Part shown: positions 43,642 to 53,314 of the stretch, in pieces
How the letters are laid out: each line of letters opens with the position of its first letter
How positions within the stretch are numbered: position 1 is the stretch's first letter
Origin: an uncultured Christensenella sp.
GTDB taxonomy: Bacteria; Bacillota; Clostridia; Christensenellales; UBA1242
NCBI GenBank assembly: GCA_949300385.1
Contig: CASGDZ010000003.1
Location: forward strand, 17,316 to 81,315
Direction of reading: 5' to 3'
Length of the DNA stretch: 64,000 nucleotides
Translations under genes and position numbers: made by a program
Notes under the pieces: model-generated
What the model saw: only the letters and a program-made list of their open reading frames with translations
What the model was told of the DNA's origin: nothing
The model's database searches: none

Positions 43642-44172
43642 ATGAAAGCAATTATCGGATTAGGTAACCCAGACGGGAAATATAAATCAACATATCACAA
43701 TGTAGGATTCAGCGTTGTTGATCTTTTTGCTAAACAAAATAATTTGAAATTCAACACGAAAAAATGTCGTGGAATTATAGCAAAAGGAGAAGATTTTATA
43801 TTAGTAAAACCAATGACATATATGAACCTTAGCGGAGATTGTGTCAGTGAAATAAAAAAGTATTTTAAATTATCTTTAGATGATATTTTAATAGTCCTTG
43901 ACGATATAGATATGCCAAAAGGTCGCGTTCGTTTTCGTTTAAGCGGAAGTGCTGGAACACATAATGGCCTACGCGATATTGTAGCAAAAGTCGGTTCTAC
44001 CCCACGATTAAGAATAGGTATTGATAGGGATAGAAATATGGATTTGGCAGACTATGTTTTGTCGCATATTGACCAAAAAAGTCAAGAAATTTTAAATACT
44101 TCATATAACACTGCATGCGATTTAATCAATAAATTTATCAATGGTGAATTATGCCAAGATTTGACGATATAA
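43642..44172 (+). CDS. pth: peptidyl-tRNA hydrolase
   Basis: N-terminus MKAIIGLGNPDGKYKSTYHNVGF, plus a GTHNG segment and DD.D.P.G..R. Confidence 0.9.
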   Translation: MKAIIGLGNPDGKYKSTYHNVGFSVVDLFAKQNNLKFNTKKCRGIIAKGEDFILVKPMTYMNLSGDCVSEIKKYFKLSLDDILIVLDDIDMPKGRVRFRLSGSAGTHNGLRDIVAKVGSTPRLRIGIDRDRNMDLADYVLSHIDQKSQEILNTSYNTACDLINKFINGELCQDLTI

Positions 44173-47100
44173 AATCAAAAATATTATCTAATCCTATACT
44201 TTGTAGTAATTTAGGATATGGTGAGCAATGCGCACTTCTCTCTAAGTTTGATAGTGCGATTTTTATCGTATCCGATAGAGAAACAGCACACGAAATGAAG
44301 TCTCAATTGATGTCGTTAAATAAAGATTGTGTATTAATGGACGACTTTGATAAGCCTTTTACTACTTTTAAATATTCTAGTAGCGAAAATATATTCGATC
44401 AAATTCGTGTAATGTACAATCTTTTATATAAAAAATCAATTGTTATAACGACAGCACGCGCCCTATTTTCAATATTTCCAAATTTCGAAGACTTCAAAAC
44501 AAAGTTTTATTTAATAGAAAAAGGTAATAATTATGATTTGTCCACATTATCTAACCTATTAGTTAAACTTGGATATACCAAAGTAGAGGCCGTCCAAAAT
44601 ATAGGAGAATATTCAATCCGTGGGGATATTTTAGATATTTATACATTGACTGAAGATTATCCAATACGACTTGATTTCTTTGATACAAATCTTGAAGATA
44701 TCTATACTTTTGACCCTATAACATTTGAAAAAATAGAGCATATAAAAAGTATAAAACTTTGTCCAAACAACTTATTAATATTAGAAGAAAATGAGCGTAT
44801 TGAATATATTGAAAAATTAAAGACCTTATCATTAGACGAAAATATTTTTTACGATATAATCTCACAAATTGAACGAGGGGAAAATGTCCCTTTAGAATTT
44901 TTAGTGCCGTTTTATAATACTCAGACATTAGATGAATTGAACATCCCGATCGTTTTATCAAACACTATTCAAATAGAAAATCAAATAGAAAAATTGTATA
45001 TCGAATTTTGTGATAAAATTAAATCTACATTCCCAAACAAAGAAATACAAAAAATCTATGAAAAAACAAAAAAATATGAAAATATTGATGATTTTTATAA
45101 TAAAAATGCAAAAAAATTAATAATTTTTGAAAATTTTAATATTGATACATTAAATTTAAATGAAAAATTGAAACAATATAGTCCTTTAAATTATGATTTT
45201 AAATGCAAAAATTTTCCATCTTTTTTGCGCGATTTAAAAAGTATTGCAACGATATTAAAGCCATATTTAGATAAGCAAATTTATTTATGTTTAAGTTCAA
45301 TCGACACATTAAATTCAATAAAAAAAATATTTGACGAATTGCAAATACCTTATAGTACAAACACAAATTCACATGGGATAATATTAACTACACTAACTAT
45401 TCCGTACAATATTTGTTTCCCTGACAACGAAAAGTTCTATATCGGTTCAACTAATTTTGCGCACAAAAAACAACTTATAAAATCGCCTCGGACAAGTGTA
45501 AAATATCTACCCAAAGCAGGCGAATATGTAGTTCACTCAACGCACGGAATTGGAAAATGTGAAGGAATAGTGACCGTAAATGTGTCGGGTGTAGATAAAG
45601 AATTTTTTAAACTAAAATATCGTGGCGGAGATACTCTATATGTTCCATGTGAGCGTGCTGATTGTTTGTCCCTTTACATGGCAGATGGGGACAATGTCAC
45701 ACTAAATAAACTTGGTGGAAAAGAATTCTACAACCAAAAATTAAAGGCAATAAAATCTATTGAAGATATGAGTCGTGAATTGATTGAGTTGTATGCTAAG
45801 CGCAAATCTTCAAAAGGTTTTAAATATAGCGAAGACGACTATCTATATACAGAATTTGAAAATGCTTTTACACATACTGAGACTGCAGATCAATTACAAG
45901 CCATTGCTGATGTTAAGCGCGACATGATAAGCGGAAAGGTCATGGATAGATTAATATGCGGAGATGTTGGATTTGGTAAAACAGAAGTTGCAATGCGCGC
46001 GTTGTTTAAAGCAGTAGAAGACGGCAAGCAAGTAGCAATGTTAGCGCCAACCACTGTTTTAAGCATGCAACATTTTATGACTATCACTGAACGCACGCGC
46101 GATTTTGGTGTAAAAGTAGAAATGCTTAACCGATTTAGGTCAAAGAGCGAACAAAAAGAGATTATCTCAAAACTTGAAAGTGGCGATTTAAATGTCATAT
46201 GCGGTACTCACAGATTGTTAAGTGATGACATTAAATTTAAAGATTTAGGATTACTCATATTAGATGAGGAACAGCGCTTTGGCGTAAAAGCGAAAGAAAA
46301 ACTAAAGCAAATGAAAAATAATGTTGATGTTTTAACTCTTTCCGCCACTCCTATTCCGCGCACACTAAGCATGTCTTTAATGTCGATACGCGATATAAGT
46401 ATTATCAACACTCCACCTGTTGACCGCTTGCCTATTAAGACATATGTAACTCCATATCAAGACGACATCATACTCCCCGCTATAAATGACGAACTAAAAC
46501 GCGGTGGACAAGTCCTTATTGTATATAACAATATTGAAGATTTATATAAATATGCAAATGCCTTGAAAGAAAAATTAAATAACGATATAGCAAAGATAGA
46601 TGTAGCACATGGTCAAATGTCCGAAATTGCACTAGAAAATGCAATAAAAAGGCTATATGATGGCGAAACAAATGTGTTTGTATCCACTACTCTAATTGAA
46701 AACGGAGTGGATTTACCAAAAGCTAATACTTTAATCGTCCTTGATGCAGACAAATTGGGTCTAAGTCAAATGTATCAATTGCGCGGACGAGTTGGAAGAA
46801 GTAATGAACAAGCATATGCATACTTTACTTTCAAGAAAAATAAGGTTTTAACACAAGACGCCACCAACAGACTTCAAGCAATAGCAGAAAATACTGAACT
46901 CGGTAGCGGATTTAAAATTGCTATGCGCGACTTAACAATTCGCGGTGCGGGTGAACTTTTAGGAAAAGTCCAGCACGGACATATGGTAAAAATCGGATAT
47001 GACATGTACACAAAACTATTAAATGAAACCATCCGCCGTCTAAATGGTGAAAAGGTAGAGGAAGATAGAGATATAAAATTAGATATTGCTATTCCTTCTA

Positions 47101-47495
47101 AAATACCAAATTCATTTGTAAGCGAAGAGAGTGAGCGATTAAAAATCATTGCAAAAATATCAAATATTGCGGATAAAGAATCTATGCGTGCTGTCATCTC
47201 TGAACTTATCACGCGTTATGGCAAACTACCCAACGAAATATATAATCTAGCGAACATTTCGCTTATTAAAGTCATTGCGCAAGCGGAAAAAATAAAAAAC
47301 ATTACTCTATTAAAAAATCGTATGGCTATAACATATTATCAAGACGCAAATGTAAGCAAAATAATAGACAAAGTTCGCAAGTACAAACATTTTAAATTTG
47401 AAAATGGCACTTTGCCAACTATTGTTCTTTCAATTAATGATTTTAGCCCGATGACTGCAATGAAATATGTTTTAGAATATCTACTAGACAATTAA
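44151..47495 (+). CDS. mfd: transcription-repair coupling factor Mfd
   Basis: The 1114-aa product has an SF2 helicase core (GDVGFGKTEVA, LILDEEQRFGV, TATPIPRT, QLRGRVGRS) preceded by a CarD-like domain. It follows pth as in Bacillota. Confidence 0.92.
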   Translation: MPRFDDIKSKILSNPILCSNLGYGEQCALLSKFDSAIFIVSDRETAHEMKSQLMSLNKDCVLMDDFDKPFTTFKYSSSENIFDQIRVMYNLLYKKSIVITTARALFSIFPNFEDFKTKFYLIEKGNNYDLSTLSNLLVKLGYTKVEAVQNIGEYSIRGDILDIYTLTEDYPIRLDFFDTNLEDIYTFDPITFEKIEHIKSIKLCPNNLLILEENERIEYIEKLKTLSLDENIFYDIISQIERGENVPLEFLVPFYNTQTLDELNIPIVLSNTIQIENQIEKLYIEFCDKIKSTFPNKEIQKIYEKTKKYENIDDFYNKNAKKLIIFENFNIDTLNLNEKLKQYSPLNYDFKCKNFPSFLRDLKSIATILKPYLDKQIYLCLSSIDTLNSIKKIFDELQIPYSTNTNSHGIILTTLTIPYNICFPDNEKFYIGSTNFAHKKQLIKSPRTSVKYLPKAGEYVVHSTHGIGKCEGIVTVNVSGVDKEFFKLKYRGGDTLYVPCERADCLSLYMADGDNVTLNKLGGKEFYNQKLKAIKSIEDMSRELIELYAKRKSSKGFKYSEDDYLYTEFENAFTHTETADQLQAIADVKRDMISGKVMDRLICGDVGFGKTEVAMRALFKAVEDGKQVAMLAPTTVLSMQHFMTITERTRDFGVKVEMLNRFRSKSEQKEIISKLESGDLNVICGTHRLLSDDIKFKDLGLLILDEEQRFGVKAKEKLKQMKNNVDVLTLSATPIPRTLSMSLMSIRDISIINTPPVDRLPIKTYVTPYQDDIILPAINDELKRGGQVLIVYNNIEDLYKYANALKEKLNNDIAKIDVAHGQMSEIALENAIKRLYDGETNVFVSTTLIENGVDLPKANTLIVLDADKLGLSQMYQLRGRVGRSNEQAYAYFTFKKNKVLTQDATNRLQAIAENTELGSGFKIAMRDLTIRGAGELLGKVQHGHMVKIGYDMYTKLLNETIRRLNGEKVEEDRDIKLDIAIPSKIPNSFVSEESERLKIIAKISNIADKESMRAVISELITRYGKLPNEIYNLANISLIKVIAQAEKIKNITLLKNRMAITYYQDANVSKIIDKVRKYKHFKFENGTLPTIVLSINDFSPMTAMKYVLEYLLDN

Positions 47496-47629
47496 ATCTA
47501 AGTTATAATTGCGCGCAGAGATTAAATAAAAGCGCTGTCTAATTAGTTGCTTTTTGTTATAATATATATTATAATTGTAAATAATTTATTGTACTAATTT
47601 GTACTAATTTGCATTAAAGGAATACCTAA

Positions 47630-49525
47630 ATGAAAAAATTTACTACTTTATTGATTTGCTGTTTAATGATTATAACATTCAGTCTTACCGGATGTGCTGG
47701 TTTTTCTATAGATCGAGTTAAATATTATAACGAAGTTGTAGCAAAAGTTGGCGATTCAAATATTACGCGATTTGAACTTTTAAATGCTTATAATAGTTAC
47801 GGAAGTTCAAGTTTTAGTGAAGACGCTATGAATCAAACTCTCGACCTTCTTATTGATCGTGAAGTTTTGTATCAATATGCTTTAGGCCGTAGCGAATATG
47901 CGCTTAATGACTACCAAGTAAACAATCTTATTCAAGATTTATTTGATTCCATAGACGAGCAAATGGATGAATATATCACCAATGCAAAAACAATTCTAAA
48001 TATAGAAATTGCTGACAATTCTGATGAAGATGAAGAAGATTCTTATCTATATAAAGATTATGTCTATACTAAGAGAGCAAATGTAGTTAGCGAAAGAGTT
48101 TATTACACTGATGGAACCTTGACTACTATATCTTCCACTCCTACAAATTACTATACGACTACAAGCAAAATTGAATATATCGAAGAAGATGAAATCGTTG
48201 ATTCATATATTATTGACAGCACAATAATATCAAACTATGTTTTAGACTCATTGGACGGAAAAGTTGAAAATAGCACATTGCGAACAACTGTTGAAGCAAT
48301 AGTAAATGAGTATTTAGACCACATAAAATACGAATTGACTGAAGAAGAACGCAGTGAAGAAATATATAACAAAATCATTGATCTTCTTGCTGACGATTTA
48401 ATTAGTTATGAATATTATTTAAGAGACGAAAACAATAAACCTTATAACACAATAACTAATGATCTTATATACAGATATTTTGAAAGAAATTTTGTATCTC
48501 AGATTAAATCGCAATATCTTGCAAATATTCGTACTTACTATCTAAAGACTGAAACTCTTTCTATTCAAGAACTTACTGACACATATAAATCATTAGTCTT
48601 AGCAGATATTGACAAATATTCTAATCACAAAGATACTTATGCAAATGACATGAAAGACATTGGAACGGATGCAGATTCCATATTATATCACCCTAATTTA
48701 GATAATGGCACAGAGTTTGGTTATTTCATACATGTCTTATTAAATTTTACTGACGACGAAGATGTGGCTGAAAATGAAGTCAGTCAAAAAGAATTGATTG
48801 CTCAAATTGACCAACAACTTGAAAAGGGTTCTATAGATCAAGAAGAATACGACGCTAAATTGAATGAGATTGCGCATCTTACAACTGTAGCGGAACGAAA
48901 TTCGTCAAGCGGACTTTTAACTGAAAATAAATTTGATTTAGCCACAATCATGAAAAAATATTATGCTATATATGATGCTGACATAGATGAAAACGAGCGT
49001 TTAACTAAATTTATTGAATTTATGTTCAAATATTCGGGTGATACAGCGACTTTGACAAGCGGAATGCCATATGTAGTAGGTAATAATGGATATTCAGCAA
49101 TGGTAGAAGAGTTTAATGAAGAGGCTTTATCTATTATGGACGGAATAAAGGATGGCACACTCTCTATCCCTATGAGCGACCCTGATACAAATGGTTATTG
49201 TATATCGACTTATGGAATTCATTTGATTTACTATGTTGGCGATGTGCGCGAAGTTAGTTCAATAAACGATTATGATAATGTCTATATCCAATCGTTTGAC
49301 AACTTAAATGGCACTAACCTTTATACAAAAGTTTTAAATCCATTAACTGGCGAAACATATTTTGATATGTTATTTGATAAAGTATATCCAGCAAATAACA
49401 ATGAAGTTTATACTTCAAATACTGGTTATACTGATTACGAAGAAACATTGGTCGAAAATGCAAAATCTACAATAAAAATTACCAAATATACAACTAAGAT
49501 TAACGCCACAACAGCCACAATTTAA
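47630..49525 (+). CDS. PrsA/SurA-N-like lipoprotein (foldase-like; the parvulin region is divergent)
   Basis: Lipobox SLTGC-A. It has a SurA-N-like start (VVAKVGDSNITRFELLNAY) and a parvulin-like terminal strand (GYCISTYGIHLIYYVG). A position after mfd is typical of clostridial prsA-like genes. Confidence 0.55.
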   Translation: MKKFTTLLICCLMIITFSLTGCAGFSIDRVKYYNEVVAKVGDSNITRFELLNAYNSYGSSSFSEDAMNQTLDLLIDREVLYQYALGRSEYALNDYQVNNLIQDLFDSIDEQMDEYITNAKTILNIEIADNSDEDEEDSYLYKDYVYTKRANVVSERVYYTDGTLTTISSTPTNYYTTTSKIEYIEEDEIVDSYIIDSTIISNYVLDSLDGKVENSTLRTTVEAIVNEYLDHIKYELTEEERSEEIYNKIIDLLADDLISYEYYLRDENNKPYNTITNDLIYRYFERNFVSQIKSQYLANIRTYYLKTETLSIQELTDTYKSLVLADIDKYSNHKDTYANDMKDIGTDADSILYHPNLDNGTEFGYFIHVLLNFTDDEDVAENEVSQKELIAQIDQQLEKGSIDQEEYDAKLNEIAHLTTVAERNSSSGLLTENKFDLATIMKKYYAIYDADIDENERLTKFIEFMFKYSGDTATLTSGMPYVVGNNGYSAMVEEFNEEALSIMDGIKDGTLSIPMSDPDTNGYCISTYGIHLIYYVGDVREVSSINDYDNVYIQSFDNLNGTNLYTKVLNPLTGETYFDMLFDKVYPANNNEVYTSNTGYTDYEETLVENAKSTIKITKYTTKINATTATI

Positions 49526-49544
49526 TTATATCTATATCAATAAA

Positions 49545-49570
49545 CGGCACCTATTTGGTGCTTTTTATTT
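49545..49570 (+). terminator. terminator
   Basis: GCACC-TATTT-GGTGC followed by TTTTTATTTTT. Confidence 0.65.
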
Positions 49571-49826
49571 TTATGTGTATAGATTAACTTTCTAATCTTA
49601 AATACTAATCTTAATTATTAAACTCTATAAATCATCAAATAAAAAAACTAAACATTTATTGACTCAATCTTGTATGTATCATTAATTTAATATCAATAAT
49701 TGGTTTTACAATAATGAATATTTTATAAATCAAAATAATTAATCTATTAATTAAATTTTCGAATTACATACATAAAATTTTTTTTTAAGAGCAAAATATC
49801 ATTGTACTTTAAAAAAAGGAGATTTT

Positions 49827-50417
49827 ATGGAAAAAAATACATCTAGACGCCGTGTATCTGGCGCAACAATCGCAATAGTAATATTATCAATCTTATTGCT
49901 TGCTAGTATTGGTATTGGTGTAACACTGGCATATTTCACTGCTAGTGCAACAGTTGCGGGTGACATTACACTTGGTGACCCTGTTACAATATCAATCACT
50001 CAAGGTGGGGCTTCTGCTTCTACTCTTACATTCCCAGGAGACGCACTTCCTGGCACTGTATATGACCAAGCAATCGGTATTAGCGCTCCGTCTGAAATGA
50101 CTGAAGCATTAGTAAGAGCAAAACTAGAGATTACCAATACAGACGGCGCCTCTACAAATGTTGATGCCACAACAACAGGTGATTGGCAATTAGGCGAAGA
50201 CCAATACCACTATTATAAGGGTAGTATAAATGCGGACGACGACATCGATTTTATTACCGCTATAACAATACCTACAACACTAACAAACGAAGATGCAAAT
50301 AAAACATATAATATTCAGGTCATTGTAGAAACTATTCAAAAAGCAAACAACGCAGCAAATTCAGTGTGGACAACAGCACCTGAAGATTGGTTAAGCACAT
50401 ATTCACCAGTAGCATAA
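49827..50417 (+). CDS. TasA/CalY (camelysin)-like secreted protein with a SipW-type signal peptide
   Basis: A basic N-terminus and hydrophobic core are followed by GVTLAYFTASATV (AYF(T/S) class motif). The body is beta-rich and ends ...IQVIVETIQKAN, like the terminal strand of TasA-family proteins. Shine-Dalgarno is very strong (AAAGGAGA). Confidence 0.6.
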   Translation: MEKNTSRRRVSGATIAIVILSILLLASIGIGVTLAYFTASATVAGDITLGDPVTISITQGGASASTLTFPGDALPGTVYDQAIGISAPSEMTEALVRAKLEITNTDGASTNVDATTTGDWQLGEDQYHYYKGSINADDDIDFITAITIPTTLTNEDANKTYNIQVIVETIQKANNAANSVWTTAPEDWLSTYSPVA

Positions 50418-50421
50418 AAAT

Positions 50422-50483
50422 AAAAAAGGACTTATTAATTGTGTATGCAAATTCACTACACAGATTTTAAGTCCATTTTTTTT
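50422..50483. terminator. long bidirectional hairpin terminator
   Basis: GGACTTA (50428-50434) pairs with TAAGTCC (50468-50474), with an inner TGTGTA/TACACA stem. It is flanked by an A-run and a T-run. Confidence 0.6.
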
Positions 50484-51069
50484 ATTTATTGCCTAATGCT
50501 AAATAATCATTAGGGTCAACTTTTACGCCATTTACAGTCATTTCAAAGTGAAGGTGTGCGCCATTATTTAACTCCTGAGCCATACTATCACTTGCCTTTC
50601 CAATAACTGTGCCAGCACTAACTTTGTCGCCAGATGCAACCGTTACACTATCACTAGATAATGATTTATACACTGAAATTACACCATTGCTATGAGTGAT
50701 TTCTACTACAGTACCTTCAAGGTAGTTTGTGTACACATTAGATACAGTGCCATCAGCAACAGCCATAACATCTAAGTCTTCTCCAGCCAAGAAGTCGATA
50801 GCCTTGTGTATTTCCCATTGTTTAAGCGTATCGTTATATTGCAACTCACTAGCCGAATAATCTTTTTGAATGGTGTAATCACGCATAGGCACAATGTAAG
50901 TATTATTGGATACATCAACGACTTCTCCGCCCACATTTAAACTATTCCCATTAGACGTGCTAACGACTGCGATTGTAACTGCACAGGCTACGACAAGCAA
51001 TCCAATTATAGTGGCATAAATATAAGTCATTATTGTCTTTTTCTTTTGTTGGTTGATTGTATTATTCAT
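50482..51069 (-). CDS. M23 (LytM) family metallopeptidase with an N-terminal TM anchor (SpoIIQ-like architecture)
   Basis: HxxxD (HKAID) and HxH (HLHFE) motifs are present. The start is moved to MNNTINQQ, which follows an AAGGAGGAAAT Shine-Dalgarno. Confidence 0.8.
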   Translation of the reverse strand: MNNTINQQKKKTIMTYIYATIIGLLVVACAVTIAVVSTSNGNSLNVGGEVVDVSNNTYIVPMRDYTIQKDYSASELQYNDTLKQWEIHKAIDFLAGEDLDVMAVADGTVSNVYTNYLEGTVVEITHSNGVISVYKSLSSDSVTVASGDKVSAGTVIGKASDSMAQELNNGAHLHFEMTVNGVKVDPNDYLALGNK

Positions 51070-51212
51070 ATTTCCTCCTTGCAATGATAATATCCATTGT
51101 TTTATTTTTTAAACAAAATTATTTTTAGATTTTATTTAAAGTTTTGCAATTTTTATAATTTTTTGTAATTTTAATTTAATTTTTGTAATTTTTTCATATT
51201 TTTTATTTTTAA

Positions 51213-51300
51213 TTTTAAAATTTTATTTTTTTGTTATTTATTATTATCTTTTAAAATTTTATTTTTTTGTTATTTATTATTATCTTTTAAAATTTTATTT
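51213..51300. repeat. perfect 36-bp tandem repeat, about 2.4 copies
   Basis: TTTTAAAATTTTATTTTTTTGTTATTTATTATTATC occurs at 51213-51248 and 51249-51284. Its first 16 nt occur again at 51285-51300. Confidence 0.9.
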
Positions 51301-51302
51301 AA

Positions 51303-51722
51303 CTAAAAACTACCTAATATCATTGGCCAACCAATTATGGAATACTCGTCATAAAATGCAATTTGCAGATTTACAACGCTATCGAATACATTAACACTTT
51401 TTTTTATTATCGGACTATATACATAGAATACGATAGCGTCTTGTACCCTTTCTGTTTTTAAAATTTTACCATTTAACATATTGATTGCACTAATAGGTTC
51501 AAAATTATATATTTTCATACTTTCACCTATTACATTTTCAATAGAAATATGAGTGTTTGTCATATAGCATAGTCCTAAATCAATGCTTTCATCTGATAAT
51601 ATTGAATCTGTATAGGCATAATACTCTCCGTCAAAATAATCTAAGAGAGTAAAATCAGTATCATTTTTATTTCCGCTTATTAAAATGATAAAAAGAGTCG
51701 CGACTATTAAAAGTTTTTTCAT
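51303..51722 (-). CDS. hypothetical secreted or anchored 139-aa protein
   Basis: It has an N-terminal signal-like segment, MKKLLIVATLFIILISG. No motif was recognised. Confidence 0.45.
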   Translation of the reverse strand: MKKLLIVATLFIILISGNKNDTDFTLLDYFDGEYYAYTDSILSDESIDLGLCYMTNTHISIENVIGESMKIYNFEPISAINMLNGKILKTERVQDAIVFYVYSPIIKKSVNVFDSVVNLQIAFYDEYSIIGWPMILGSF

Positions 51723-51915
51723 GCTCTAATTGTTAACATAAAAATCTTCTCTTAATCACGACAATAATATATATCTATAAAATTTTTTGTATTATTTTAA
51801 ATATTTTAAAAAATTATATAAAATTTAAATTAATTTAATCATATAATTTTAACAATTATATTTTTATTGAATATTTTTGAAATTTTATAAAAATTTTAAT
51901 GATAATTTTTTTATT

Positions 51916-52851
51916 TTAATTTGAAAAAATATTATATAAATATAAATAACTTAAAATACTATTTGAATTTTTACAATAATTTTTTATTTTATATATTAAT
52001 TCATCTACTTCGTCATAATAGTCGCGCGATAGCGATAATAATTCACAAATTCGTTCTTTAGTTTTTTTGCAAACAATGTTGATAATATTAAAATTCAATT
52101 CTATAACATTAGGTAATATTTGATTTTTGCTCATAGCATAGAATTTATCAATAATCTCATAGTCCTCTCGTGAAGATTTATAAATATCTACTAGATTAAG
52201 GCTATGACTTTTGCTCGCCAAAATAATTAATTGAAAAGCGGTAATTAACAAATAATCAACTAATGGTAGCAATTTGTAATCTATCTTCATTTCACGCAGA
52301 ATATCCAAATCGACAAAATCAAAATCTTTATTTACATCATTGAGCATAGATATCAATTTTGATTGTGTTATTTCATTCTCATTAAAATCAAAATTAACAC
52401 TCGTTTGTTGATTAATAACAATGTCGTTTAGATAATTATAAAAACGATTAATATATATGCTTGTAACAGCACAATGATCGATTTTCCCCTGAGATAAACA
52501 TATATAATTATTTTCATTTTGTTTTATATCCAATGCAAAATAAGGCAAATAATTTTCATCTGGACAAAAAAAGAAATTTACAAATTCATTCGTGTCAATC
52601 TTAGCCTGCAAAAAACTATCAACTCCACATTTGAAAATTAGCATTCTATATCCATCATACAACTGTGCGCGATCGATATTATTTATATTCGCTTGATTAA
52701 ATATACATTCGCCTTTAATAGAATCGGAAATCGCTTTTATTTCTGAATTCGTAATACTATCATCATACAATAACATGACTTTTTGGTATTTAGCAAACTT
52801 CATAACCGCAATTTTCAATTCCTCATAATAATCTTTATAAATCACATGCAT
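51916..52851 (-). CDS. hypothetical 311-aa cytoplasmic protein
   Basis: It is a long uninterrupted ORF with no recognisable motif and no Shine-Dalgarno. A TGA-TAAAAT extended -10 lies 6 nt before the ATG. Confidence 0.5.
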   Translation of the reverse strand: MHVIYKDYYEELKIAVMKFAKYQKVMLLYDDSITNSEIKAISDSIKGECIFNQANINNIDRAQLYDGYRMLIFKCGVDSFLQAKIDTNEFVNFFFCPDENYLPYFALDIKQNENNYICLSQGKIDHCAVTSIYINRFYNYLNDIVINQQTSVNFDFNENEITQSKLISMLNDVNKDFDFVDLDILREMKIDYKLLPLVDYLLITAFQLIILASKSHSLNLVDIYKSSREDYEIIDKFYAMSKNQILPNVIELNFNIINIVCKKTKERICELLSLSRDYYDEVDELIYKIKNYCKNSNSILSYLYLYNIFSN

Positions 52852-52992
52852 AAATATATTTTATCATAATAAATATAATGCGAATCGATTAAAATTGTAG
52901 AATTATGTCAAAAGAACTAACAAAATTGTCATTTCTAATTAAATTACTTTACTTTTAACTATCAATTTAGTAGAATGATAGTAGGAGGCAAC

Positions 52993-53220
52993 ATGGAAGA
53001 AAAAATTATTAATCTAATCGCTGAAAAACTAGGCAAGAAAAAGGAGAGCATCACTCTTAAGAGCAATCTTGTTGAAGATTTAGAAGCAGATAGCCTTGAT
53101 GTCGTAGAACTTATTATGACTTTTGAAGATGAATTTGGCGTAAGTTTGCCCGATGAAGATGTCTCTAAAATGAAGACAGTTGGCGATATAGTTGATTACA
53201 TAAAAAAATTAAAGAAATAA
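52993..53220 (+). CDS. acpP: acyl carrier protein
   Basis: The phosphopantetheine site is LEADSLDVVELIM. The 75-aa product starts at MEEKI, which follows a GGAGG Shine-Dalgarno. Confidence 0.9.
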   Translation: MEEKIINLIAEKLGKKKESITLKSNLVEDLEADSLDVVELIMTFEDEFGVSLPDEDVSKMKTVGDIVDYIKKLKK

Positions 53221-53282
53221 TATAATAGATATATATTTATCTTACATTTTATTTAATTTACTTACAATATTAAAATTTATAA

Positions 53283-53314
53283 TAAAAAAACGGATTTACT
53301 ATCCGTTCTTTTTT
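53283..53314. terminator. bidirectional terminator
   Basis: AAAAAAACGGAT-TTACT-ATCCGTTCTTTTTT. Confidence 0.7.
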
